64,000 bases of DNA from a virus (lineage: Duplodnaviria > Caudoviricetes): positions 8,874 to 72,873 of the IMG/VR virus record IMGVR_UViG_2931642416_000001. One strand, written 5' to 3'. How positions within the stretch are numbered: position 1 is the stretch's first letter; each line of letters starts with the position of its first letter. Under the pieces are notes generated by a model. It did not search any database. It had not been told where the DNA came from and was given only the letters and a program-made list of their open reading frames with translations. This document shows, one piece after another, positions 1-8,205 of this stretch. Both the position numbers and the translations under genes were made by a program.

Positions 1-319
1 CCTGGAGAAGCTGTACGACCTCGCGAACGAGCCGGGCGGGCCTCTCGCGTGGCGGCAGGTGGTGTACATGGAGGTGCCCGCTCTGATCGCGGAGCTTCGT
101 GAGGCCCGCCGGCGGATCGCCGAGTTCGAGGCGCTGCCGACCCGCGAGGAGTGGGCGGGAACCGTCTCCCGCAACGAGCCTCCCGAGCCTGGCAAGACCG
201 TCTTCTACCGCGACGTCGAGACGGCCGAGAAGGACACAGCGACGAACGCCGCCCAGTTGTGGCGGCGGATGCTCTCGGCCCACCCGTGGGAGCCGATCGA
301 CTCCAAGCCTCCCTTCTAG
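1..319 (+). CDS. Phage hypothetical protein (5' probably truncated by window edge)
   Basis: ORF ending at 319 with GC3-rich codon usage; frame open to the window start. Confidence 0.6.
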   Translation, partial: LEKLYDLANEPGGPLAWRQVVYMEVPALIAELREARRRIAEFEALPTREEWAGTVSRNEPPEPGKTVFYRDVETAEKDTATNAAQLWRRMLSAHPWEPIDSKPPF

Positions 320-396
320 ACCTTCCCTCCCTGCCGTGCCCGCTCGGGGGCGGGCGCGGCTCTCCCAAGACCTCAACACACCCCAGGAGATCCACG

Positions 397-819
397 ATGA
401 CTCAGCCGTACACGGCCCTGCTCGACCAGTTCCAGCCCGCCTCGCTGCCCCTCACGGACCGGTCCGCCCAGTACCTGCGCGACACGGTCAAGCTCGTCGA
501 GACCGAAATCGCCCGCCTGATCGAGGCGGAGGCCCACTACCTGCAGGAGGCCGCCGGGGCGAAGGCGGTCCGGGAACTACTGGAAGCGTCCCGCGACAGC
601 TACACCAAGGGACTCGGCGAGCACGCCGGGTCGGATCAGCCGCAGCGCTGGCCGATCGACCCGGCCATCGCGCTGGGCCACGCCGAGACCTGCGCTCACT
701 GCGGCGGGTCGATGAGGTGGGCGGAGACGCATGGCTTCGTCCACGAGGTGGACGGCTGGTGGGTGCCCGCCGGCGAGTCGTGCCAGCAGCCTCAGAGCGT
801 CGGACAGGGCGAGTCATGA
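397..819 (+). CDS. Phage hypothetical protein (coiled coil + CxxC)
   Basis: AGGAGA RBS before ATG 397; CAHCGG motif. Confidence 0.7.
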   Translation: MTQPYTALLDQFQPASLPLTDRSAQYLRDTVKLVETEIARLIEAEAHYLQEAAGAKAVRELLEASRDSYTKGLGEHAGSDQPQRWPIDPAIALGHAETCAHCGGSMRWAETHGFVHEVDGWWVPAGESCQQPQSVGQGES

Positions 820-1034
820 CCAGCCGCCACCTCGCCGCCTTACCTGCCGCTCCGTTCGCCCGCCACACGGGCTGCCACCGTCGCCGCCGCTTCTGGCAGG
901 TGCTCGCCGCTCCAGGCGAGCAGGTCGTGGACGACTTCTCCCGCCCGCGACAGGCGACCGCCCCGGTCTCCGTGGCCGACGACCTGATCCCCTTCCGCCG
1001 CAACCCCTACGACTCCTCGAAGGACGCAGCATGA
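816..1034 (+). CDS. Small phage hypothetical protein
   Basis: ATGA overlaps with the genes on both sides. Confidence 0.5.
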   Translation: MTSRHLAALPAAPFARHTGCHRRRRFWQVLAAPGEQVVDDFSRPRQATAPVSVADDLIPFRRNPYDSSKDAA

Positions 1035-1459
1035 GCACCGAGACCCCCGACCCGATCGCGCAGATCCGTGAGCGCTTCCTGAACGCGACCGAGGGCCCGT
1101 GGTGGTTCGACGAGTCCGACCGGACCTGGCGCCTCCACGGCGTCATGGGCCGTATCCCCGCCCAAGCGGACGGGTTCATCCCCGAGCAGGTGATGAACAA
1201 GCAGATCCTCAAGGCCGCCAAGTGCAACACCCCGTACGCCGAGTACTGGCCGGACGAGGCCGACGCCGCGTTCATCTCCCACGCATGGGAGGACATGCGG
1301 GCCCTGCTGGCGGAGTTGGACGCCGCGCGGGACAAGCTTCGCAAGATCGACGCCTGCCAGGTGGTGTACGACAACGGCACGCCGATGGTCCTCGCCACCG
1401 ACCTGCACGCGATCCTCCGGCCCGCGTCCACTCAGGCTCACTCGGATGGTTTGGCATGA
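1031..1459 (+). CDS. Ead/Ea22-like phage protein
   Basis: N-terminal 'ATEGPW' and 'DAAFISHAWEDMRALLAEL' motifs typical of this family. Confidence 0.65.
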   Translation: MSTETPDPIAQIRERFLNATEGPWWFDESDRTWRLHGVMGRIPAQADGFIPEQVMNKQILKAAKCNTPYAEYWPDEADAAFISHAWEDMRALLAELDAARDKLRKIDACQVVYDNGTPMVLATDLHAILRPASTQAHSDGLA

Positions 1460-1863
1460 GCGAGATCACCCCCGAGAAGGTCGCCGCCGCGCTCACTGGT
1501 GGAGACGACGTCAACGAAGTGCTCAACCGGTGGGTGGACGTGAACGCCATCCCTGGCAGCAGCGCCGTTCGGATCACGGTCACGCCGATCAGCGATGACG
1601 GAGATCCGGACACGGAGAACGCCCAGCACTTCCGGGCGGTCGTCGTCGAGGGCGAGACGGACCCGATCGTGCTGCCCGCCGGAGCGGCCTGCGACTACAT
1701 CAACGGCGACAACGGCTACCACTGGCTGACCTGCGGCACCTGCGAGGAGTCGATGGGGCAGATCACGGCTGGCACGAGCGTCGCGGAGATAGTCACCAAG
1801 ATCGCCGCCCACAAGTGCACTCCTGAGGCCGCTCAGGCAGAGAAGGGCGGCACCGATGCCTGA
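1456..1863 (+). CDS. Phage hypothetical protein
   Basis: Coupled ORF (ATGA overlap); C-terminal CxxC. Confidence 0.65.
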   Translation: MSEITPEKVAAALTGGDDVNEVLNRWVDVNAIPGSSAVRITVTPISDDGDPDTENAQHFRAVVVEGETDPIVLPAGAACDYINGDNGYHWLTCGTCEESMGQITAGTSVAEIVTKIAAHKCTPEAAQAEKGGTDA

Positions 1864-2227
1864 GCCGATGACGTCCGAGCGCCTGGCCGAGATCCGCCGC
1901 AACGAAGCCGAGGTAGCGGACTACATCACCGAGGGGCTGATGCGCCGCACGTCCGCCTACCGGGACCGCACGGACCTGCTGGCCGAGGTGGACCGCCTCA
2001 AGGCCGAGGTGGCGGATCTGAGGAGCCGCTACGACGCTCAGAAGGACCGTGCCGACAAGACGTCGGCCAGGACACGCGGGCTGATGAGAGCGGCTCTACG
2101 CCGTATCGCCGAACTGCAGACGGTACGCGACGCCCTGAACGGGCAGAGCGCCCGCGCTGAGCGGCTTGATTTCGCGGTCAAGGAGATCCGCGACCTGTTC
2201 CACCCGGCCTCTGAGGGCGGTGAGTGA
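1856..2227 (+). CDS. Phage coiled-coil hypothetical protein
   Basis: Overlapping start/stop, codon bias. Confidence 0.65.
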   Translation: MPEPMTSERLAEIRRNEAEVADYITEGLMRRTSAYRDRTDLLAEVDRLKAEVADLRSRYDAQKDRADKTSARTRGLMRAALRRIAELQTVRDALNGQSARAERLDFAVKEIRDLFHPASEGGE

Positions 2228-2490
2228 TGGACACGCTGGAGCAGATCGCCGCGTTCCTGAACACCGCCTCGGGCGGCACGTGGCTCCTCGCCGGTGGTGT
2301 GATCACGGTCCTCCTCACGGTCGCCGCTGTGGCGTGGATGTTCCGCCGCTCCCTCCCTGTGGAGGAGATGGCGGACCCGGCCTACAACCCGGGCCTGGAC
2401 CGCCACCAGAGGGTCCTGCGCGAGGTGTTCCGCGGCGAGGCTGAGCGTTACCCGGTCGACCTCCACGACGTGTTCGAGGAGGACCGGTGA
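2227..2490 (+). CDS. Small single-TM membrane protein
   Basis: Hydrophobic stretch WLLAGGVITVLLTVAAVAWMF. Confidence 0.65.
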   Translation: MDTLEQIAAFLNTASGGTWLLAGGVITVLLTVAAVAWMFRRSLPVEEMADPAYNPGLDRHQRVLREVFRGEAERYPVDLHDVFEEDR

Positions 2491-2798
2491 GGAGCGCGCG
2501 TCTGACCGACAAGGCTGGCAGCGGGAACGGATGGCGGCAGCGCGCTGCCTGCCGAGACGTTGACCCAGTCCTGTTCTTCGGCCCCGCGGGCGAGAAGGCC
2601 GTCTCTGCCTACATCCGCGAGACGGAAGCGGTCGCATTCTGTAACGCCAACTGCCCCGTCATCAGCCAGTGCCTGGAGTGGGCTCTCCAGCTCGGCGAAG
2701 CCGGCGTGTGGGGCGCCACCACGGAGGACGAGCGCAAGGCCCTCAAGCGGCGCCAGCAGCGGGCCGCGCTTCGTGCCGCGGCGAAGGCCGCCACCTAA
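2487..2798 (+). CDS. whiB: WhiB-family Fe-S transcription factor
   Basis: WRQRAAC..DP.LFF, C..CPV...C, GVWGAT..ER motifs. Confidence 0.92.
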   Translation: MRSARLTDKAGSGNGWRQRAACRDVDPVLFFGPAGEKAVSAYIRETEAVAFCNANCPVISQCLEWALQLGEAGVWGATTEDERKALKRRQQRAALRAAAKAAT

Positions 2799-2826
2799 CC
2801 CCCCATCCAAGATCAAGGACTTTGCC

Positions 2827-3243
2827 ATGGGTTCACGTAAACCGCAGGACTACAGCCCCGACGAGTTCGACTCCGTCGTGGAGATGATCCGCAAGGATGC
2901 GTCGCTACGCGCGGACATCGAGGCCATCACCGGGCAGACGGTCTACGGCAAGACGCCCCGCGAGCTGTTCAACCTCTTCCGCACGATCGAGAAGACGACG
3001 GCCGTGCAAGCCGCGGTCGTGAACTACGGCCGCGCACGCCAAGCCGTCCGAGAGACCCGAGCCATGCTCGCTGAAGGGTCGCTCGAAGACCTGGCCCCGG
3101 CCGACCCGGCGCTGCGCCGTATCCAGGACCTGGAAGCGAAGGTCGACGAGCTCAAGAGCACCAACAGCCGGCTGAAGGAGACCAATAAGGCCCTCATGTC
3201 CGGCAAGCCGATCAGCGTCATCAAGGGAGAGGTGGCCTCGTGA
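2827..3243 (+). CDS. Hypothetical helical/coiled-coil protein coupled to the RAMP-like gene
   Basis: AAGGA RBS; GTGA overlap with the ORF at 3240. Confidence 0.75.
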   Translation: MGSRKPQDYSPDEFDSVVEMIRKDASLRADIEAITGQTVYGKTPRELFNLFRTIEKTTAVQAAVVNYGRARQAVRETRAMLAEGSLEDLAPADPALRRIQDLEAKVDELKSTNSRLKETNKALMSGKPISVIKGEVAS

Positions 3244-3953
3244 GCGCCGTCGACATCTTCGGTACCGCGTCCAGCGTCGCCATCTACCGGGTGCGGCTGC
3301 AGGTCCTGGACAAGATCGTGGGCGGGGTGCCGTCCAGCCCGTCGGTCATCAAGGGTTGGCTGAAGACCCGCATGGAGCTGGGCGACCGGGATCTGCAGGA
3401 GCTCACGCAGAAGACGCTGACCGAGCGGTTCCAGGACCGTCAGCCGTCCGCTGACGAGCTGGCCGACGCGCTGCTGGAATCCGATGCGGCTCCGTCCGTC
3501 AACGGGTTCAAGCGCATCCCCGACACGGGCGAGCTCGCCTACGAGGGACGGTGCATGAAGGCCGCGCTGAAGGAGTTCATGAACTCCGCCTACCCGGGCG
3601 TGGAGTGGCCTGGGAAGTCCGCGGTGTCGAAGGGCTTCCGCAAGGGGCTGATGTCGACGGCGGCCGAGCGCGTGTTCGTCGAGGACATCTACATCGGTCT
3701 CGGCGTGAAGGAGCCGACCGGGGTCGAGGAGCGGATCAAGCACGTGATGACCCCGCAGGGGCCGCGCAGTTCGATCAACCGCGTCGAGTACGTCGACAGG
3801 CCGCTGCTGGAGTTCACCCTGAAGGTCCACGACGACTTCCTGCCGGCCGAGGCGTGGGGCCGCATCTGGGAGCGCGGCGAGGACATCGGCGTCGGCTCAG
3901 ACCGTGGTCGTTCCGACGGCAAGTTCGAGCTGGTCTCGTGGGAGCGGATCTGA
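3240..3953 (+). CDS. Stand-alone Cas7/RAMP-superfamily-like protein (Vipr-like candidate)
   Basis: N-terminal strand YRVRLQVLDKIVGG; 'LAYEGRCMKAALKE' resembles the RAMP P.IPGSSLKGALR motif; C-terminal G-rich loop GVGSDRGRSDGKF. Confidence 0.72.
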   Translation: MSAVDIFGTASSVAIYRVRLQVLDKIVGGVPSSPSVIKGWLKTRMELGDRDLQELTQKTLTERFQDRQPSADELADALLESDAAPSVNGFKRIPDTGELAYEGRCMKAALKEFMNSAYPGVEWPGKSAVSKGFRKGLMSTAAERVFVEDIYIGLGVKEPTGVEERIKHVMTPQGPRSSINRVEYVDRPLLEFTLKVHDDFLPAEAWGRIWERGEDIGVGSDRGRSDGKFELVSWERI

Positions 3954-4370
3954 CATGGCTCTCCTGCACTGCGACGCCGCGCTCGTGGATGCGGCTAGCC
4001 CACCCTTGTGCGACAAGCCCAGCCCCGCCTCACGCACGCCAAGCCACACCGACACCTCGTGCCTAGCCACGCTCCCGCCGACCCGGCCCGCTTCGACGAG
4101 CCTCGCCCGCCCGAGCCGTGCACCGCGTCTGGCCGTACCGACACGCCACGTCACATCTACCCGCTCCACACCCACCCGACATGCCATACCTGGCCGCGCC
4201 GTACGCATCCCGACAACCCGACCCTTCCCCTGTCAGGCCGCCACCGACTTGCCATCCCAGATCTAGCCGGGGGCGACAATCCGGGGCCGCTCCGACCCGT
4301 GCAGCGACATGCCACTCCGTTGCCTGTCCTGACGAGCCGACGGGCCAGACCTGATCTGAGCTCGACGCCG
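3951..4370. repeat. Non-coding array of ~11 YGAC-delimited units of 5-nt (NN-NCC) modules; candidate guide-RNA array
   Basis: CGAC at 3972, 4011, 4050, 4094, 4139, 4177, 4211, 4245, 4274, 4305, TGAC 4330, CGAC 4363; e.g. CGAC-at-gcc-at-acc-tg-gcc-gc-gcc-gt-acg-ca-tcc. Confidence 0.8.
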
Positions 4371-4386
4371 GCATAGCGAACGACGA

Positions 4387-4415
4387 AGGGCCGCCCGCAC
4401 CGGGCGGGCGGCCCT
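4387..4415. terminator. Perfect 12-bp GC stem hairpin closing the array
   Basis: AGGGCCGCCCGC-accgg-GCGGGCGGCCCT. Confidence 0.75.
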
Positions 4416-4450
4416 GACAACTAGCAGACACGAGAGGAGGGGCAGGCGTC

Positions 4451-4630
4451 ATGACCCCCGAGGAGATGTACGCCGCGGTCGACGCCCGCCGGCAGGAGTT
4501 GGACCTGCCTTGGTGGCGGATCGCTATCCAGCTCCAGTGCACGTCCGATCAGGTGCGGTGGATGAGGCGCGGCCACGTGTCGAAGCCGTTGCGGGCCCGC
4601 GTCGAGGCGTGGCTGGGGGAGGCGTCGTGA
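4451..4630 (+). CDS. Small HTH-like protein (59 aa; not in ORF track)
   Basis: GAGGAGG RBS; MTPEEMYAAVDARRQELDLPWWRIAIQLQCTSDQVRWMRRG resembles an XRE-type HTH. Confidence 0.6.
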   Translation: MTPEEMYAAVDARRQELDLPWWRIAIQLQCTSDQVRWMRRGHVSKPLRARVEAWLGEAS

Positions 4631-4635
4631 AGACG

Positions 4636-4824
4636 TCAGGAGTCGGCCGACTCCGTCGGAGCCTTGGGCGGGCGGGGAAGCTTGGCGCCTCGCTCGCCCA
4701 CGTACCAGCGAAGGAACTCGCGGATCACGGCGGAACGGTTGCGGTCGCCCACGATCGCGCCGAAGGCAGCCCACAGCTCGTCATCAACCCGGATGGGGCG
4801 GTGTCGCGTGTGGGTGTCTTTCAC
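4636..4824 (-). CDS. Ribbon-helix-helix (CopG/Arc-like) regulator
   Basis: RPIRVDDELWAAF...NRSAVIREFLRWY. Confidence 0.75.
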   Translation of the reverse strand: MKDTHTRHRPIRVDDELWAAFGAIVGDRNRSAVIREFLRWYVGERGAKLPRPPKAPTESADS

Positions 4825-4838
4825 GAGGTCAATGGTAG

Positions 4839-4912
4839 GCGCTGTATATACAGCGCTGCTCAGCGCAAGGTTGCCGTGTATATCCACACCCGCTATCGTC
4901 GTGTATATCCAC
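4839..4912. promoter_or_regulatory. Operator cluster in divergent promoter region
   Basis: Palindrome GCGCTGTATATACAGCGC at 4839-4856; direct repeat CGTGTATATCCAC at 4875 and 4900. Confidence 0.7.
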
Positions 4913-4974
4913 GCCAAGGGCAAGTGCCCTGGCAGATAGGCGTTTGTTCACGCGAGACCGGGGGTCTATTTCGC

Positions 4975-5493
4975 ATGCTCAAAAACACCTGCAAGTCCAG
5001 CGCCAGACGCACTCTGCCCGCGCACGAGACGGGCCATCACCTGACCTACCGCCTGAGCTGCGATACGTACGAGCAGATGCTCGCTGACACCGAGCAGTGC
5101 TGCGAGATCTGCGGCACGCACGCCCGGAAGAACCCAGGCGGCAAGCTCTACATCGACCACGACTATGGCCTTGGCAACTGGGCGGTCCGCGGGCTGCTGT
5201 GCAACTACTGCAACACCCTGATTGGCGACCGGCCAGGGTGGCACCTGCCCGCGCATCTCGACGCCACGCCCTATCTCACTAACCCCTGGTACGCGCGCCG
5301 GCTGGCCGAACTCGGACGCACCCCACATGGTCCTGCCGAGCCCAAGAACGGCTCGCTGGTCGTCGATTACCGAGGACGCATCTGGGGTCGTACAGGAAGC
5401 GGCTGGAGGCAGGCGCCCGGTCGCGGCCGGATCATCTCGTGGGCCTTATTGGTCACCTGGTCCGGCCCCATCTCATTGACCGTTCTTCATTAA
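4975..5493 (+). CDS. Endonuclease VII-domain (HNH-type) protein
   Basis: CEIC...IDHD...VRGLLC..CN..IG motif. Confidence 0.85.
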   Translation: MLKNTCKSSARRTLPAHETGHHLTYRLSCDTYEQMLADTEQCCEICGTHARKNPGGKLYIDHDYGLGNWAVRGLLCNYCNTLIGDRPGWHLPAHLDATPYLTNPWYARRLAELGRTPHGPAEPKNGSLVVDYRGRIWGRTGSGWRQAPGRGRIISWALLVTWSGPISLTVLH

Positions 5494-5593
5494 TCGAACA
5501 ACTGAGTGATCAGGGGGACTGAAGTGGCGCAACCCCGAAGACCGGCCCAGCTCCGAACCGGAACGACCTACTAGAGCAACTGGAGCGCCGAAC

Positions 5594-6607
5594 GTGGCGG
5601 GAAGCTACGCCAAGATCTTTAACGAGATCTGGGCAGACCCGGACTTCAGGTCCCTCAGCAGGGGCCAGCAGTGGCTGTACTTCGCGCTGATCAGTCAGCC
5701 GGAGCTGAACTTCGCCGGCGTGGTGACGACGACGGATCGCCGTCTCACGGGTTGCGCCGCGGGGTTCACGGTGGATGAGCTGCGGGCCGATCTGAAGGTG
5801 CTGGAGGCCCGCAGGTACGTCGTCGTGGACGACGAGCATGACGAGATCCTGGTCCGCTCCTACGTGCGCCATGACGGCGCGTGGCGGACCCCGAACGTCC
5901 TGACGAGCATCGTGCGGGCGGCGGTCGGTGTCCGGTCGACCGCCATCCGGGCCACCCTGGCGGAGGAGTTGGCGCGGCTTCCGCTCCAGGAGTTGTCCGG
6001 CAAGAAGGCCGAAGACATGCGGGCGTCGGTCACAAGGGTTATCGAAACCCTTAGGCCAAGGGTTGCCGCAACGGTTCCCGCAAGGGTTAGCCGAAGCGTT
6101 ACGGCAAGGGTCACGGAGACCCTTCCGGAAGGGTTGGTTCAACCCTCGGCCCAACCCATTGCCGAACCCATCGTTGTTGTTGCTGTTGTAGGTGAAGAAG
6201 TTAAAGACCGTACTTCGGTCACTCTCCCTCACGATCCTTCGCCTCCTTCGGAGTCGGAGAGTGAGGGCGTTCTCATCGAGCTGCCGACCAAGCCGAAGAT
6301 CGAGTGCGGCAGCGACCAGGATCCCGACTTCGTCGCCTTCTGGACGAACTACCCGCGCAAGGTCGGCAAGCCGTCCGCCCGCACCGCATGGCGCAAGGCG
6401 ATCAAGGCCGGCGTGGACCCGAAGGTCGTGATCGAGGCTGCCGCCGCCTACCGGGACGACCCCGAGCGGCGACGTCGCGGCAAGCAGTTCACGCCGCACC
6501 CATCCACCTGGCTCAACGATGACCGCTACGAGCCTGACGAGGACGACGAAGACGACACCTGGACCTGGAGCGACGTCCAAGAGGCTGCCCCGGCGGAGTT
6601 CAACTGA
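5594..6607 (+). CDS. Phage replication initiator (replisome organizer)
   Basis: IW.DPDF..LS N-terminus; FW..YPRKVGK and HPSTWLN C-terminal motifs; lies upstream of the helicase. Confidence 0.85.
   Translation: MAGSYAKIFNEIWADPDFRSLSRGQQWLYFALISQPELNFAGVVTTTDRRLTGCAAGFTVDELRADLKVLEARRYVVVDDEHDEILVRSYVRHDGAWRTPNVLTSIVRAAVGVRSTAIRATLAEELARLPLQELSGKKAEDMRASVTRVIETLRPRVAATVPARVSRSVTARVTETLPEGLVQPSAQPIAEPIVVVAVVGEEVKDRTSVTLPHDPSPPSESESEGVLIELPTKPKIECGSDQDPDFVAFWTNYPRKVGKPSARTAWRKAIKAGVDPKVVIEAAAAYRDDPERRRRGKQFTPHPSTWLNDDRYEPDEDDEDDTWTWSDVQEAAPAEFN
6034..6171. repeat. Putative replication origin iterons inside the initiator gene
   Basis: 12 copies of AAGGGTT/AACCCTT-like heptamers at ~12-bp spacing. 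Confidence 0.75.
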
Positions 6608-7863
6608 TGAACGACGACTACCGGGCGCTGCCCCACGACATCGACGCCGAGAAGGCCGCCCTCGGTGCTGCTCTGATCTCGCCGAACGCGGCTCACGCGG
6701 TGTTCTCCCACCTGTCGATGGATCACTTCTACCGACCTCAGCACAGGCTGATCTTCCGCGGCGTCGTCGACCTGTACCGGCGGGGCGAAGCCGTGGACGT
6801 GCTCACGGTGCGCGCCGAACTCAACAGGACCGGGACGCTGAGTCAGGCCGGTGGCGACATGTACCTGTCGGACCTGGCGGCGTTCGTGCCTACCGCTGCG
6901 AACGTGGGCTTCTACGTTGCCCGGGTTCGCGAGCTGGGCACGAAGGCGATCACGATCCAGGAGCTGTCCCGTATCGCGGGGGAGGGCTACAACGAGTCCA
7001 TCAGCTCCGACGAGATGCTGGTCGCCACCGAGGACGCGCTGACCCGGTTTCGCGCGCTGGCGACGGATGAGAACCAGATCGAGGGGTTCTCGACGCTGGG
7101 CGCGTTCATCGACGAGGCCGACACCGAGTACGACTGGCTGATCCCGGGCGTGCTGGAGCGCATGGATCGCGTCATCGTCGTGGCCTCCGAGGGCGCCGGC
7201 AAGACGACTCTGGCCCGGCAGATTGCCGTCCAGCTCGCGGCCGGCGTCCACCCCTTCTCGCCGCACACGCGGATCCCGCCGGCGCGAACCCTGTACATCG
7301 ACCTGGAGAACCCGCCCGCTCTGGTGCGGCGCAAGGTGCGCCAGCTCGTCAACCTGGGTCGGGAGCACTCCGGCTGGGACGACGACCGGGCGTGGAGGTG
7401 GACCCGGCCGGGCGGCATCGACCTTCGCAAGCCGCACGACCAGCACCTGGTGGACCGTGTGATCGAGCAGTCTCGCGCCGAGTTCGTCGCGATGGGGCCG
7501 CTCTACAAGACGTTCCTCGAAGGCGACGCGAAGGCCGAGACCGTCAACGGGCAGGTCGCCCGCATTCTCGACGGGTTCCGTGCCCGTCACGGTGTGGCCC
7601 TGTGGCTCGAAACGCACGCCCCGATGGAGCAGCAGGGCATGCGCTCTCTCCGCCCGATGGGGTCCGGCGTGTGGTCCCGCTGGCCTGAGTTCGGGCTGGC
7701 CCTGCGCAAGTCGAAGGACAGGCCAAGCCGGGTTCATCTGGAGCGGTTCCGCGGCGACCGCGACGAACGCGCCTGGCCGCACCACCTCGAACGCTCCAGC
7801 CCCTGGCCGTGGAGCGCCGTCTGGGACGGCGGTTTCCCGGTCGAAGAAGCAACCAGCGCTTGA
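6607..7863 (+). CDS. DnaB-like replicative helicase (DnaB N-terminal domain + RecA/AAA_25 ATPase)
   Basis: LPHDIDAEKAALGA..FYRPQHRLIF; Walker A ASEGAGKTT. Confidence 0.9.
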   Translation: MNDDYRALPHDIDAEKAALGAALISPNAAHAVFSHLSMDHFYRPQHRLIFRGVVDLYRRGEAVDVLTVRAELNRTGTLSQAGGDMYLSDLAAFVPTAANVGFYVARVRELGTKAITIQELSRIAGEGYNESISSDEMLVATEDALTRFRALATDENQIEGFSTLGAFIDEADTEYDWLIPGVLERMDRVIVVASEGAGKTTLARQIAVQLAAGVHPFSPHTRIPPARTLYIDLENPPALVRRKVRQLVNLGREHSGWDDDRAWRWTRPGGIDLRKPHDQHLVDRVIEQSRAEFVAMGPLYKTFLEGDAKAETVNGQVARILDGFRARHGVALWLETHAPMEQQGMRSLRPMGSGVWSRWPEFGLALRKSKDRPSRVHLERFRGDRDERAWPHHLERSSPWPWSAVWDGGFPVEEATSA

Positions 7864-7884
7864 CGCCCTGAAAGGACTCTTGCT

Positions 7885-8205
7885 GTGACGGCACCTCCTG
7901 AGACCACTGCGGGCTTACTGAAGATCCGCGAGGACTGGCTGAAGGTCATCGCGATCGAGAGCCCGCACGGCGGGTTCGACATCGCCGTGGTGATCGACGG
8001 CTCTTACGACCGGCAGTACTACGACCCGGCCGACCTGAAAGAGACCTGGGCCAAGCGCCTGAAGGCGGCCCTGGCCGTGGACGGTCTTCCGCTGGGCGTC
8101 CCGCTGAGCCAGTGCCCGAACAAGGCGGCGCTGCTGGGCGGCGAGCCAATGCCGGCGCTTCCTGTCCCGTCCCCCGCTAGAGAGGAGACCCCTAACCATG
8201 GCTGA
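7885..8205 (+). CDS. Phage hypothetical protein
   Basis: AAAGGA RBS, codon bias. Confidence 0.6.
   Translation: MTAPPETTAGLLKIREDWLKVIAIESPHGGFDIAVVIDGSYDRQYYDPADLKETWAKRLKAALAVDGLPLGVPLSQCPNKAALLGGEPMPALPVPSPAREETPNHG

Noticed and set aside
3951-4370. Canonical CRISPR array
   Set aside because: No identical 23-47-bp repeats with unique spacers; only a 4-nt punctuation and 5-nt periodicity; no cas1/cas2
3897-4542. ORFs 3904-4266, 4008-4376, 4118-4354 and minus-strand ORFs over the array
   Set aside because: Low-complexity P/R/T/A products without GC3 bias or RBS; a 5-nt period is inconsistent with codon structure
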